Assembly: GCA_035471785.1 (NCBI GenBank)
Contig: DATIPQ010000017.1
Location: 79,115-143,114 of the forward strand
Direction: 5' to 3'
Length of the DNA stretch: 64,000 nt
Source of the DNA: Acidobacteriota bacterium
GTDB taxonomy: Bacteria; Acidobacteriota; UBA6911; RPQK01; DATIPO01
In this document: positions 41,864 to 51,918 of the stretch, piece after piece
How positions within the stretch are numbered: position 1 is the first letter of the stretch
Layout of the letters: each line of letters starts with the position of its first letter
The notes under the pieces: generated by a model
What the model saw: the letters and a program-made list of their open reading frames with translations, nothing else
What the model was told of the DNA's origin: nothing
Databases searched by the model: none
Made by a program: the position numbers and the translations under genes

Positions 41864-44272
41864 ATGACCCAGTTGTTTCAAGATCTGCGTTTCGCGCTGC
41901 GTACCCTTTTCAAGAACCCCGGTTTCACCATCGTGGCCGTCCTGGCTCTGGCGCTGGGTATCGGCGCCAACGCCAGTATTTTCAGTTTTGTCAATGCTTT
42001 TCTCTTACGGCCCATGCCTTTCGCCGAGCCGGAGCGGCTGGTTCATGTCTGGGGCACCGATTCCCGCCGCGGCTATGACAAGTTCCGCGTTTCGGTGCCC
42101 GAGTTCCAGGACTGGAGGGAGCGCGGCCGCTCCTTCGCCGATCTGGCAGCCTTCAACTACACCGAAGAAACGCTGACCGGACTGGATGTGCCCGAGAAGA
42201 TCTCGGCGGGACGCGTTTCCTCCAACCTGATGGAGTTGTTGGGTGTCGAGCCGCTGCAAGGACGGGCTTTCCTGCCCGGCGAGGACTCGCGGACCGCCAC
42301 TCCCGTTGCCGTCATCAGCGAGCGGCTGTGGAAGAACCGCTTGGGCGGGGAAGCCGTCCTGGGACAGCCCATTGAAATCAACGAAACGGCCTACGCCATC
42401 ATCGGCGTCATGCCCGACCGCTTCCGTTTCCCCCTGCCCACCACCGATGTCTGGATGCCCCGCATCATGGATCGGGAGTGGGAACGCGACCGCCACTTCC
42501 TGCAAGTGGTCGGACGCCTGCGCCAGGACGTCAGCCGCCAGCAGGCTCAAGAGGAGATGGACCGCATTTCCGCCGATCTGCGCCAGGAATACCCGCAGCT
42601 TCAGGGCGACCGCGGGGCCAATGTCACCGATCTGCGCAGCGCCCTCAACTTTGCCCACGACATCATCCAGCCCATGTCGGGCATCCTCCTGGCGGCCGTT
42701 GGCTTCGTGTTGCTGATCGCCTGCGCCAACGTCGCCAATCTTCTGCTCTCGCGCTCGGCGGCGCGTCGGCGCGAGATCGCTCTGCGTTCGGCCCTGGGCG
42801 CCGCACGCGGACGCCTGCTGCGACAGTTGTTGACGGAAAGCGCCGTCCTCTCTTTGATGGGAGCCGCAGCCGGATTGCTGTTGGCCCACTTCGCCTCCTC
42901 GGCAATGGCCTCGCTCATCCCGGCCGACCTCTACAAAGTCGGCGCCATCGGACTGGATTTCTCCGTATTCCTCTACACGCTGGCTCTGGCCCTGCTCACG
43001 GCCCTGATCTTCGGAACCCTGCCGGCCCTCAGGCTGGCCCGCTCCAACCTGGTCGACAACCTCAAGGAAGGCGGTGCGGGAAGCGGCTGGGGACGCTCCT
43101 CGGGGCGCATGCACGGCCTGCTGGTGACGGCCGAGATCAGCATGGCCATCATTCTTCTTGTCGGCGCTGCACTGATGGTCCGCTCCTTTCTCAACTTGCA
43201 GGACATCGATCCCGGCTTCGAGGGCCGTCCGGTCCTCACCGCCAAGCTGGAGATCCCCTCCAACCGCTACGGCGAAGCCGACCAGCGGCGCCTCTTTCAT
43301 CGGCGGCTGATTGAAGAGGTGGGGACGGCGCCCCAGGTTTCAGCCGCAGCCACCGTCAACCTGTTGCCGCTCAACCATGAGACGGACGCACGTGAATTCT
43401 CTATCGTTGGACGTCCCACGGCGGACTCCTCGCCACGCTACGCCACCGCCTTCACGGTCAGCCCCGAGTACTTCAAGGTGCTGGGAGTTCCCATCTTGCA
43501 GGGACGTGGGCTGCGTGCCAGCGACGATGAAAACGCCCCCCTGGCGGCCGTCATTTCGCAGAGCATGGCCGACCGCCACTGGCCCCGGGGCAATGCGCTG
43601 GGGAGCCAGATCGAAGTCGAACACCTGCCCCAGCCCGTGACGGTGGTGGGAATCGCGGCCGACACACGCCAGACCGACCTGGCCGAGGCGCGCCAGTCGC
43701 TGCTTTTCCTGGGCCAGATGCAGATCCCGTCCCGCTACTTTCGCGTGCTGGCCCGCAGCCAGGGCGACCCTCGCCAGTTGGCGGGCACTGTGCGCGCCGC
43801 TTTGGCCCGCATCGACGCCACCATCCCGCTGACTGAGGTGCGTACTCTGCAGGAGGTGGTCGAAGAGTTCCTCCTGCCCCAGCGCACCCTGACCCAGTCA
43901 TTAGGCATCCTGTCTTCGGGAGCGCTTTTGCTGGCGGCTATCGGCATTTACGGGCTGATGGCCTTCTTCGTGTCCCAACGGGTGCGCGAAATCGGCATCC
44001 GCATGGCGCTGGGAGCCCGACGCCAGGACGTTCTTACAATGGTCTTGGGACGGGTGGGGCGATTGGCGGCCATCGGGGTCGTGATCGGACTGGCGGGAGC
44101 GTTTGCGCTGACCCGCTTCATGGCTGCCTTCCTGGAAGGGGTGCAGCCGGCCGACCCTGTCAGCTTCCTCATCATCGCGCTCTTGCTGGGGGCCGTGGCG
44201 GTGGCTTCAGGCCTGATCCCCGCCGCACGCGCTTCGCGCATCGATCCGCTGACGGCCTTGCGCCACGAGTAG
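41864..44272 (+). CDS. ABC transporter permease, MacB/FtsX family with duplicated FtsX domains (ADOP type).
   Basis: [53 protein letters not shown] is the hallmark ADOP N-terminus. 802 aa: two MacB periplasmic core domains and two 4-TM FtsX modules. AAGGAGAG precedes the ATG. Confidence 0.85.
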   Translation: MTQLFQDLRFALRTLFKNPGFTIVAVLALALGIGANASIFSFVNAFLLRPMPFAEPERLVHVWGTDSRRGYDKFRVSVPEFQDWRERGRSFADLAAFNYTEETLTGLDVPEKISAGRVSSNLMELLGVEPLQGRAFLPGEDSRTATPVAVISERLWKNRLGGEAVLGQPIEINETAYAIIGVMPDRFRFPLPTTDVWMPRIMDREWERDRHFLQVVGRLRQDVSRQQAQEEMDRISADLRQEYPQLQGDRGANVTDLRSALNFAHDIIQPMSGILLAAVGFVLLIACANVANLLLSRSAARRREIALRSALGAARGRLLRQLLTESAVLSLMGAAAGLLLAHFASSAMASLIPADLYKVGAIGLDFSVFLYTLALALLTALIFGTLPALRLARSNLVDNLKEGGAGSGWGRSSGRMHGLLVTAEISMAIILLVGAALMVRSFLNLQDIDPGFEGRPVLTAKLEIPSNRYGEADQRRLFHRRLIEEVGTAPQVSAAATVNLLPLNHETDAREFSIVGRPTADSSPRYATAFTVSPEYFKVLGVPILQGRGLRASDDENAPLAAVISQSMADRHWPRGNALGSQIEVEHLPQPVTVVGIAADTRQTDLAEARQSLLFLGQMQIPSRYFRVLARSQGDPRQLAGTVRAALARIDATIPLTEVRTLQEVVEEFLLPQRTLTQSLGILSSGALLLAAIGIYGLMAFFVSQRVREIGIRMALGARRQDVLTMVLGRVGRLAAIGVVIGLAGAFALTRFMAAFLEGVQPADPVSFLIIALLLGAVAVASGLIPAARASRIDPLTALRHE

Positions 44273-44411
44273 GGGTTGGATGGGCTGATCATCCCTCGCT
44301 GAAGCACCGCCGCTTCATGCCCCTGATCGACTGGCTCGGACGCACCGCGCAGGAGCCGATGAATCCGCCGCCGCCAATGGCGAGAACCTTCATCCATCAC
44401 CTCCCCGACCA

Positions 44412-45014
44412 TTAGGTCCTACGGCCGACGCCGATGAAGATGTCGCCGAACCAGACTGTCGTAACCTCCCCTTGCGGCCTGATTCCCTGCCGCTCCATTT
44501 CGGCCAGGAACGCCTTGAGGGAGAATCTGTTTTCTGTGGGGTGATCCAAGAAGGTCCGAGTCACCCATCGGTCCAGGGCTTTTTTCGCTATCTCTTCAAA
44601 AAGGAAAAGCCCGCCAGGTTTCAAGACGCGCGCGACTTCGCGGATGGCTCCCTGCCAATCGGGAATGTGGTGCACGATTCCGAAGTCGAAGACGGCGTCG
44701 AATTCAGCGTCGGGAGCTTTAATGGCGGTGGCATCGCCGACAGACAGGGTGAGCTTGTCGGCAGGAATGTGGGAGAGTCGCTGCTTAGCCTGTTCGATCA
44801 TGGCTGGGTCGAGGTCCAAGGCCGTGACATGGCCGGCGCCGAATCGCTTGAAAATGACCTCGACGCCTACCCCGCGTCCGCAGCCGATCTCAAGAACCCT
44901 CTTCCCCTCCAGCCGTCCGCCCTTGCTCAGCAAAAGACGCGCTTCAAGATGATGCTGCAGGAGGGCCCGAACCGGGTTGTTTACCAATGCCCGTTCCCAA
45001 AGATTGAGCTTCAC
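44412..45014 (-). CDS. Class I SAM-dependent methyltransferase (about 200 aa).
   Basis: Motif I VLEIGCGRGVGVEV, acidic loop TALDLDPAM, and post-I LKPGGLFLFEE. Methyltransf_11-type. Confidence 0.75.
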   Translation of the reverse strand: MKLNLWERALVNNPVRALLQHHLEARLLLSKGGRLEGKRVLEIGCGRGVGVEVIFKRFGAGHVTALDLDPAMIEQAKQRLSHIPADKLTLSVGDATAIKAPDAEFDAVFDFGIVHHIPDWQGAIREVARVLKPGGLFLFEEIAKKALDRWVTRTFLDHPTENRFSLKAFLAEMERQGIRPQGEVTTVWFGDIFIGVGRRT

Positions 45015-45814
45015 TTACTGGCCTCCCTGGTGAAAACAAAGCAGCGCACGAAAGGGGTCATGGGCCGTTCCGAGCGAAAAGTGAGTCCCGCCTGCCGGGC
45101 TGTTTTCATCCATTCAGATCTGGAGAAGAAGTGCAGGAATCCTGGCCCATAGGCGATGAAATTCCACAAATCGCGCAGATGTTCGACGAGAATCAGGTCT
45201 CCTTGGGGATGCAGCACCCGCCGGATCTCCGTGAAAAATCGAATCCGGTCATCGGGGTCACGCAGCTCGTGGGCGGCGAAAATCAGGAATACGGCATCGA
45301 GAGCACCCTCTTCAAAGGGCAGCGCCCCAGAGTCTGCGGTAGCCCGCTCACCGGCCTGAGATACCGTGGAGCGGGCTCGCCGGATCGACCCTTCCGACAT
45401 CTTGTCGGCATCAAAAATGTCGAATGCACCACCCTGCGACTCAGGAAAAAGCCGCCGAATCGCCTCGCTCGACTCGTCCAACCCCGCATGAAAACTGGCC
45501 CACTTCCCGGGGGAGGAGTTCAACTCACCCGCCAACCAACGCCAGCTATAGAGGGGAGAGAGATCGTAGACGTAGTAGGAGGCGAGCAGCGAGGTCAGGG
45601 ACCAGAAGGTCGTTGCCCCGATACCTACCGTCACCATGACGGCCACCGGCGGCCAAAGCTCGGCCAAAAAAAGCAGAGCAATTCCGCCAACGACCACCAT
45701 CAAGGCCAGGACATAGAAGGGCCAGTTGTAGCGGATGATCTGCCGGACTCCCTGAAAAGGCCGTCGAGTCACGACGGCTGCTTCGCTAGCGGCTCTCGCC
45801 ATCCGCGCTCCCAT
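45011..45814 (-). CDS. Membrane-anchored class I SAM-dependent methyltransferase.
   Basis: Two N-terminal TM helices (FYVLALMVVVGGIALLF... and VAVMVTVGIGATTFWSL). C-terminal methyltransferase motifs (GAFDIFDADKMSEG, LHPQGDLILVEH). Overlaps the downstream methyltransferase by 4 nt. Confidence 0.6.
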   Translation of the reverse strand: MGARMARAASEAAVVTRRPFQGVRQIIRYNWPFYVLALMVVVGGIALLFLAELWPPVAVMVTVGIGATTFWSLTSLLASYYVYDLSPLYSWRWLAGELNSSPGKWASFHAGLDESSEAIRRLFPESQGGAFDIFDADKMSEGSIRRARSTVSQAGERATADSGALPFEEGALDAVFLIFAAHELRDPDDRIRFFTEIRRVLHPQGDLILVEHLRDLWNFIAYGPGFLHFFSRSEWMKTARQAGLTFRSERPMTPFVRCFVFTREASK

Positions 45815-46533
45815 CGGTAGGGTACATCGGCCAGGTAGAAGGCATTCGCCAGCAGAGGCTCAGCCTCGTTGAAGGGCGACGATTGCAGGAAGGTGTTTTT
45901 ATGGACTTCGACCCGCAGCGGCTGCGGCTTCCAGTTGCTGCGCCTCCCGCGCACGATCACCATAGAATGCGATTCGGGTTCATAGTCGAAGGTATGCGGC
46001 AAGGGGCCCGCAAACCGCCGTGCCGTCTTGATATCGGGAAAGGGTGATTCTTCGGGCAGGGGACCCGGCAGATGCGATACATGGGCCGTGACGTCGAGAT
46101 CGGCTTCTCCACCAGGAGTCCTGACTGTGATGCGGAGCATGCCGTTCTCGCTTTCCTTTCGCACTTGAGCTCTGCGGTAGCCGTAGCGGGTCAACAAGTT
46201 GCCACAGCTCACCATCCAGGAACGGTCGGCGTCGCTGCGCAAGATCTTGAGTCCCCGCAGCATCTGGCCGTTACGCGGCTTCAGGCGAGTGAAGATGCGA
46301 TAGCCGGTGAGGAAGAAGCCTCCTCCCAAGGCGCCTGGCAGAAAGGCAGGGCGAAGTCGTCTGGTCTGCACCATCGCCACGGCCAGGAATCCGTGTCCCT
46401 CATAACCGTCCAGTTCGAGGCCGGGAGGAAGCAAGGGAGCCAGAAGGCCGCGGGGATAGGCATAGGTCAATACCAGAACCTGCTCAAAGTGAGCTTTGAT
46501 CGGGATCAGATGCCTTTTGAAAAGATGCAACAT
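45769..46533 (-). CDS. DUF2071-like protein (COG3361).
   Basis: Reverse ATG at 46531-46533 (MLHLFKRHLIPIKAHFEQVLVLTYAYPRGLLAPLLPPGLELDGYEGHGFLAV), resembling the DUF2071 N-terminal signature. The track ORF extends to 46743. Confidence 0.45.
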   Translation of the reverse strand: MLHLFKRHLIPIKAHFEQVLVLTYAYPRGLLAPLLPPGLELDGYEGHGFLAVAMVQTRRLRPAFLPGALGGGFFLTGYRIFTRLKPRNGQMLRGLKILRSDADRSWMVSCGNLLTRYGYRRAQVRKESENGMLRITVRTPGGEADLDVTAHVSHLPGPLPEESPFPDIKTARRFAGPLPHTFDYEPESHSMVIVRGRRSNWKPQPLRVEVHKNTFLQSSPFNEAEPLLANAFYLADVPYRWERGWREPLAKQPS

Positions 46534-46862
46534 CCCTGAAACTCCTGACTGAATCACAATCTTAGCAGGCAAACAGAGATGGGGTGGGATCATCCGGCAT
46601 TGATGCCGGCGGCGTGGCCGATGATTGCCACGAGATCGATGAAGGCGTGAGCGACGATCGTCATGGTCGGTCGCGGTACCAAATGGTTCCAAACCACAAT
46701 CAAATCGCAATGGGAAGCCAGCCCGCTGCGCCAGCGACCGCAAGATAATCTTGCGTCCAGATTAGGCGGTGGTGCAAATTTATTGGAAGTAACTCGTTTA
46801 TTTTCAACAGTTTAGGGTGTAGACGATGCCGGGCGGCACCGAGTTTGCGCTCATGAGGCCCT

Positions 46863-47540
46863 ATGAGCAAAGAAAACGGCTTTCGCGACAACCGACGGGT
46901 GCTGACCAGTTGGCTGGCACCCCTTGAAAAGATAACGCTGCGCTGGATGGCCCGGCGTACTCCCCAGGCTATCCACTCCGACCACCTGACCCTGCTGGCA
47001 TTGCTTGCCATGGTGATGGCAGGCGTGGCCTACGTCTTCAGCCGGCAGGAGCCCCAGTTGCTGCACCTGGTCAACTTCGGACTTTTTCTGCACTGGCTGG
47101 GCGACAGCATGGACGGTACTTTGGCGCGCTACCGCAACCGTCTGCGTCCCCGCTACGGATTCTACGTCGACCACATCCTGGACTGCTTTTCGGCGGCCTT
47201 GCTGCTGGGAGGGCTGGCTCTCTCGGGCTGGATGAGCCCTTGGGCGGCGTTAGTCCTGCTGGCCGCTTTTCTGCTCCTCTCGGCCAACAGCTATCTGGCC
47301 GCCTACACGCTGGGGGACTTCCGCATCTCCTTCCTCAAGTTCGGTCCTACCGAAGGCCGTCTGCTGCTGGCCATGGGAAACCTGAGCCTTCTCTATTTCG
47401 ATCCCTTGCTCATCCTCAATGGGCGCCAATACCTGCTCTTCGACTTCGGAGGGTTGCTGGCGGCTGGAGCCATGGTGGTCATCCTCATCGTCTCGGTGGT
47501 CCGGAATTCGCTTCGGCTTTACCGCATGGAGCGCATTTGA
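46863..47540 (+). CDS. CDP-alcohol phosphatidyltransferase family protein.
   Basis: Signature D-G-x2-A-R-x8-G-x3-D-x3-D is present as DSMDGTLARYRNRLRPRYGFYVDHILD. Six predicted TM helices. Confidence 0.75.
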   Translation: MSKENGFRDNRRVLTSWLAPLEKITLRWMARRTPQAIHSDHLTLLALLAMVMAGVAYVFSRQEPQLLHLVNFGLFLHWLGDSMDGTLARYRNRLRPRYGFYVDHILDCFSAALLLGGLALSGWMSPWAALVLLAAFLLLSANSYLAAYTLGDFRISFLKFGPTEGRLLLAMGNLSLLYFDPLLILNGRQYLLFDFGGLLAAGAMVVILIVSVVRNSLRLYRMERI

Positions 47541-47959
47541 TGTCGGCCCGGGCGGAAGGAGAAGGACGCCTCATCCACCGCCTCCTCAAGTTCTACTCGG
47601 TCGGATTTGTGGGAATCGGGGTACAGGCCGGCATGCTGGCCTTGCTCACTCGCGTGCTGGGACTGCATTACCTGATAGCGGTGGCTCTGGCGGTCGAGTG
47701 CACGATTCTCCATAACTTCATCTGGCACCAGGAGTGGACCTTTCGCCAGCGCCGGCGGCCGGGGGCCTCGTTCCTGGTGCGCTTTTTGCGCTTCAACCTC
47801 AGCGCCGGAGCTTCGGCCCTGCTGGGCAACCTGCTGGTGACGGCACTGCTGGTGGAGGTCTTCGCCCTGCCTGTCCTGCCCGCTAACCTGGCCGCCATCG
47901 CAGCCTGCTCAGTCTTTAACTATCTGGCTTCAGACTTGTGGGTGTTCAGGAGGCGCTAG
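47540..47959 (+). CDS. GtrA family membrane protein.
   Basis: ATG at 47540 overlaps the upstream stop. About 139 aa, four TM helices, with the GtrA-like pattern LLKFYSVGFVGIGVQAGMLALLT ... NFIWHQEWTFRQ ... RFLRFNLSAGASALLGNLLVTALLVEVFAL. Confidence 0.65.
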   Translation: MSARAEGEGRLIHRLLKFYSVGFVGIGVQAGMLALLTRVLGLHYLIAVALAVECTILHNFIWHQEWTFRQRRRPGASFLVRFLRFNLSAGASALLGNLLVTALLVEVFALPVLPANLAAIAACSVFNYLASDLWVFRRR

Positions 47960-48816
47960 ATGGGAAGAACTTGGGGGCGGCGGTCCTGGTCGACGGTCAC
48001 GATATGATTGCGGGGAACCTTTTCCCATCCGCAATCCTCGCCCAAGGGTTCTGAGGTGATGATGACGGTGCCATGGCCTTGCTGGTCGTCGATCATCCTG
48101 CAGACCCCGTTTTCACAGACGTAGTGGGTTCCCTCGTGCACATAGAGGGTATTGGGCTCGCCGCCCTGACTGCTCACCCAGCGGGTCACGACCGCCAGAT
48201 TTCCGTCGGTCAAAGCCAGGTTCAAGGTACTGCGCTCGTTCTCGACCCCTGCTTCCTTACGCAACTCCTCGGAAGTCTCGATCACCTCGAGCAGAGCTGC
48301 TTTCATCTTCTCCAACTGGTAGGTGCCGTCATCTTGGCGGGCCCGGAAAGCATCGATGAAAAGGGCCATCAAGTGCTCGCTGTCGGTGCTGCCTTTGACA
48401 GCGTCGTAGGCCTCGTCGGAGAGGCGAGCCTGCAGCCTGCGCTTGATCCGGCGAAACCCGCCCAGAGTGCCGTTGTGCATGAATGCAAACCGCTCCCAGG
48501 CGAAGGGATGGCAGTTGAATTGAGTCACGGAAAGGCCGAGCGTGGCGGCCCGCACGTGAGCCAGGATGCAGTGGCTGCGGGTCACCGGCGCGATCTGGCG
48601 CAGGTTGAAGTCATTCCAGGCCGGCGAGATGTCTTTGAAAAGCGTCGGCTCACCCTGTCCCAGCGGGTCATACCAGGCAATGCCGAAGCCGTCTCCATTG
48701 AGCGGCTCTGCCGCCTCGCGCGAGCGATAACTCTGGTGAATGATGGAATTCGACGGCTCCGTCACCAGCGAACTGACCCTGATCTCGGGCCCCAAATAAA
48801 GAGCAAATCGGCACAT
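47956..48816 (-). CDS. Class II (Ntn) glutamine amidotransferase-like protein (EgtC/YafJ type).
   Basis: N-terminal Met-Cys (MCRFALYLG) gives the catalytic Cys2 of Ntn amidotransferases. GFGIAWYD and HVRAATLG motifs. 286 aa with no synthase domain. Confidence 0.7.
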   Translation of the reverse strand: MCRFALYLGPEIRVSSLVTEPSNSIIHQSYRSREAAEPLNGDGFGIAWYDPLGQGEPTLFKDISPAWNDFNLRQIAPVTRSHCILAHVRAATLGLSVTQFNCHPFAWERFAFMHNGTLGGFRRIKRRLQARLSDEAYDAVKGSTDSEHLMALFIDAFRARQDDGTYQLEKMKAALLEVIETSEELRKEAGVENERSTLNLALTDGNLAVVTRWVSSQGGEPNTLYVHEGTHYVCENGVCRMIDDQQGHGTVIITSEPLGEDCGWEKVPRNHIVTVDQDRRPQVLPI

Positions 48817-48882
48817 TCTGCCCCTTCCTTCAGACGGTCTTCAGCGATCTATGGAAACCTCTCCTCCACCGCCCACTCTCGC

Positions 48883-49515
48883 TCATGGGTAGAACACTTT
48901 GGCCAGCTCACGCAGGACGGCAGGACCGTAATCCGTGTCTTTCGGGGCGAATTCGCCCTCGCCGGACACGGGGTTGATGTTCAGGTAGACCTCGGCCTCC
49001 TCTTCACCCAAGAAGAGCTTGAACACGATCCAGTCTCCAGGCTTAGTGGAGGTGAACCTGCCGGCGACAAGGTCGTCGCCGACATTCCGCCTCAGCGAGG
49101 TTCCCAGAATAGCGGTCGAGAACTCGAGGCGGTCCACTCGCTCTGGATGGGACGGGATGTCCGCTTCCGCCTCGATAGCGCGGGCGATTTCCTTTAAAAA
49201 ATCTCTGCCGTCGGCATCTGGTTCCCGAATGATGGCGCCCTGCGAAAAGGCCATAGGTATTTCACCCTGAAGAGGCTTCAGCAGCATCTCCAGGCGAAAG
49301 GCGAAGGACTCCTCACCTGTGCTCCTTGACACCGCACGCCATGTCTTCAAGGTGCCTCCCGACGCTTCCTTTGAAGCCACTTCGGTCAGCGAAAAAGATC
49401 CGGGTTGATGAGACGGCAGCCGTTCAGAGGGGGAGGGCAAACACCCGCCTGCACTGAGCAAGCCGGCAAGCACGATGACGATTCCCCGCAACCTCATGGC
49501 CCGATATTCTCTCAT
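48883..49515 (-). CDS. Hypothetical lipoprotein.
   Basis: Reverse ATG at 49513-49515 (MREYRAMRLRGIVIVLAGLLSAGGC) followed by a lipobox. No known domain. The track start is at 49629. Confidence 0.4.
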   Translation of the reverse strand: MREYRAMRLRGIVIVLAGLLSAGGCLPSPSERLPSHQPGSFSLTEVASKEASGGTLKTWRAVSRSTGEESFAFRLEMLLKPLQGEIPMAFSQGAIIREPDADGRDFLKEIARAIEAEADIPSHPERVDRLEFSTAILGTSLRRNVGDDLVAGRFTSTKPGDWIVFKLFLGEEEAEVYLNINPVSGEGEFAPKDTDYGPAVLRELAKVFYP

Positions 49516-49617
49516 GGATGGCAGTCCAGTAACACCCTCCATGCGAATTGAGAACGAGGGTGACTCACTCCTGGAGAACAGCCAAGCCGAGCTTGCGGAG
49601 GCGGGTTGTAACTGTAC

Positions 49618-51759
49618 GTGCTTCAGCAACAGCAGCGAGGAATCGTGTTGACAAGCCCGATTGCGGGATCTATTTTGCTGAATGTCGTGGTTAGTTCAGG
49701 ACAACCCCCTAAGCAACGCAATTCGTCCTTGCCGAAACGTATCGGAAAGTATCAGATTGTTGAAATGCTGGGGAAAGGGGGGATGGGGACGGTCTACAAG
49801 GGCTACGATTCTTCCTTGCAGAGGTTTGCGGCCATTAAGGTAATGGAGGAGATACACCGCCGCGACGAGGACCTCCGGGAGCGTTTCTTCCGCGAGGCTC
49901 GGGCTGTCGCCCGGCTCGATCACGAGAACATTGTTGCCATCTATGAACTCGACGAAGATCCCAAACTTCCTTTCATCGCCATGGAGTACGTGGAGGGCAT
50001 GGACCTCCATCAGCTTTTGAAAAGGGGGCGCCTTCCTCTCCTGCGGGACAGCTTGCGCATGGTCATCGAGGTCTGTCGGGGACTCGGCCACGCCCACGGG
50101 CGTGATCTGGTTCATCGCGACATCAAGCCCTCTAACATCCGGCTGGGGCCAAATCGGAAGGTCAAGCTTCTCGATTTCGGGATCGCCCGTCTGCACGAGG
50201 AGCCCGACACAAAGCGATTGACTCAGACAGGCCAGATCGTGGGAACGCCCGACTACATGTCCCCGGAGCAGGCCGCCGGGGAAAAAGAGGTCGATCTTCG
50301 ATCCGACATCTTCAGCTTGGGTTCGGTGCTCTATGAGCTTCTCGCCAGCAAGCCTCCCTTCTCTTCCAGCAAGGTCTCCACGACTTTGGCCCGTATCATC
50401 TCGGCATCTCATCCTCCGCTGCAGACCATCTATCCCGGCTTTCCTTGCGAGATGGAACGGATCGTCGAACGCGCTTTAGCCAAATCACCCAATAACCGAT
50501 ATCAGAGCTGCGCCGAGATGGAAGCGGACCTGAGCGCGTTTCTCAAGAACCTGCCCGACCATTACAAGAAGACCTTGGCAGTGGTGCGCAAATTGGAAGA
50601 GCAGTTGCGCGTGACGCAGACGGGGGTGGAGGGTGATGATCTCGACCTGCGGCCTCGGCGCGAAGGCGTGGAAGACTTGGGAATTCTATTGGATTATGGA
50701 CGCGACTTGCGGCGAGCATTGGCAGCCTTGGATACCGAGCCGGCCCAGTATAGGCGCCAATATCGAGCCGCCCACAAAGCCTGGCTGCCGCGGTGGGCCT
50801 GGATAACACTGTCGGCAATACTGTTGGCAGCGGTCGGTGCGACCTGGTATTTAGCCAGTGACGGCTCGGGCAGCGACAGTCCTGGAGGCACAGGGCAGGC
50901 GGCGGCAGAGGAGCAGAGGGGCGGCATCCCAGGTTCGGATTCAGGCAGCCAAGACGGGCGGTCACCGCCGCCGGTCACTGGAGCCGCTGGAGGCTCCGCC
51001 GACTTTCCCGCCACCATTACGTTGGGAGGGACGGAGATGGTGCTGGTGCCGGCGGGGGAGTTCCTCATGGGGAGCTCTTTCGGAGAGGGCTGGTTGGATC
51101 AGGATGGCTTGGAGAACGAATCCCCTCAGCGCCGCCTTTTTCTGAAAGCCTTTTACATTGACAGGTTCGAGGTTTCCAACCGGCGCTTTCTGGAATTCGT
51201 GCGTGATACGGGAAGGACGCAACCTCTAGGCCCCGCATTCGATCCGGATTATTTTTATACCAAGCCGGATTATCCGGCGGTGGGAGCGGATTGGGGTTCG
51301 GCCCGGGAATTCTGCCTCTGGAAGGGGCAACGGCTTCCCAATGAAGCCGAGTGGGAGAAGGCCGCCCGCGGTCCCGAGGGACGACCCTATCCCTGGGGTG
51401 AGGCGTTTGAGGAACACTTGGCCAACCTGGGCGGCCCGGACGATTATCCCGAGCTGGCTCCCTGCGGCGTTTTTCCGCGCGACCGCAGCCCTTATGGGGT
51501 CATGGACATGGCCGGCAATGTATCGGAGTGGGTGGCCGACGATTACCGGCTTTATCCGGGCAATCCCGGCGCCATCCCTGCTGAGCAGCGCGGACACAAG
51601 GTGATCAAGGGAGGATTCTTCGGTATAAACCGCTTCAGGGATAAGCTGGCCAGGGCCGCCTACCGGCTGCCGATGAAGCCGGAGGCCCAGTTGCCCGCCA
51701 TCGGATTCCGGTGCGCTGCAGACGCAAAGGCCGCCCTCGGCCTTAGCCCAAGTCAGTGA
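49618..51759 (+). CDS. Receptor-type Ser/Thr protein kinase with a single TM helix and a C-terminal (periplasmic) FGE-sulfatase (formylglycine-generating-enzyme-like) domain.
   Basis: Kinase subdomains: LGKGGMGTVYKG, AIKVM, HRDIKPSNIRL, DFGIA, GTPDYMSPE. TM helix AWITLSAILLAAVGATWYLA. C-terminus MVLVPAGEFLMGS...RFEVSNRRFLEFV...DYPAVGADWGSAREFCLWKG.RLPNEAEWEKAARG...YPWGE...MAGNVSEWVAD matches FGE-sulfatase. The true start is probably downstream of 49618 (GTG at 49687 or TTG at 49729) given the internal promoter-like element. Confidence 0.8.
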   Translation: MLQQQQRGIVLTSPIAGSILLNVVVSSGQPPKQRNSSLPKRIGKYQIVEMLGKGGMGTVYKGYDSSLQRFAAIKVMEEIHRRDEDLRERFFREARAVARLDHENIVAIYELDEDPKLPFIAMEYVEGMDLHQLLKRGRLPLLRDSLRMVIEVCRGLGHAHGRDLVHRDIKPSNIRLGPNRKVKLLDFGIARLHEEPDTKRLTQTGQIVGTPDYMSPEQAAGEKEVDLRSDIFSLGSVLYELLASKPPFSSSKVSTTLARIISASHPPLQTIYPGFPCEMERIVERALAKSPNNRYQSCAEMEADLSAFLKNLPDHYKKTLAVVRKLEEQLRVTQTGVEGDDLDLRPRREGVEDLGILLDYGRDLRRALAALDTEPAQYRRQYRAAHKAWLPRWAWITLSAILLAAVGATWYLASDGSGSDSPGGTGQAAAEEQRGGIPGSDSGSQDGRSPPPVTGAAGGSADFPATITLGGTEMVLVPAGEFLMGSSFGEGWLDQDGLENESPQRRLFLKAFYIDRFEVSNRRFLEFVRDTGRTQPLGPAFDPDYFYTKPDYPAVGADWGSAREFCLWKGQRLPNEAEWEKAARGPEGRPYPWGEAFEEHLANLGGPDDYPELAPCGVFPRDRSPYGVMDMAGNVSEWVADDYRLYPGNPGAIPAEQRGHKVIKGGFFGINRFRDKLARAAYRLPMKPEAQLPAIGFRCAADAKAALGLSPSQ
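49648..49676 (+). promoter_or_regulatory. Sigma-70-type promoter candidate (TTGACA-N17-TATTTT) inside the 5' end of the track ORF for the kinase.
   Basis: TTGACA at 49648-49653, 17-nt spacer agcccgattgcgggatc, TATTTT at 49671-49676. Confidence 0.35.
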
Positions 51760-51918
51760 AGCGCAGAACCAAGGCGGCAGACCTGAGACTCAACTGGATC
51801 TATGCTAGACTGTTTGTAACTTAAGCAAGCCGCGAGTTGAATCGCCCAAGTTTGAAGTATCTCGCGGCAGGCCGAATCGCAGAATCAGTAAGTCTCAACT
51901 CAGCAAGGGGGAGTAGCG

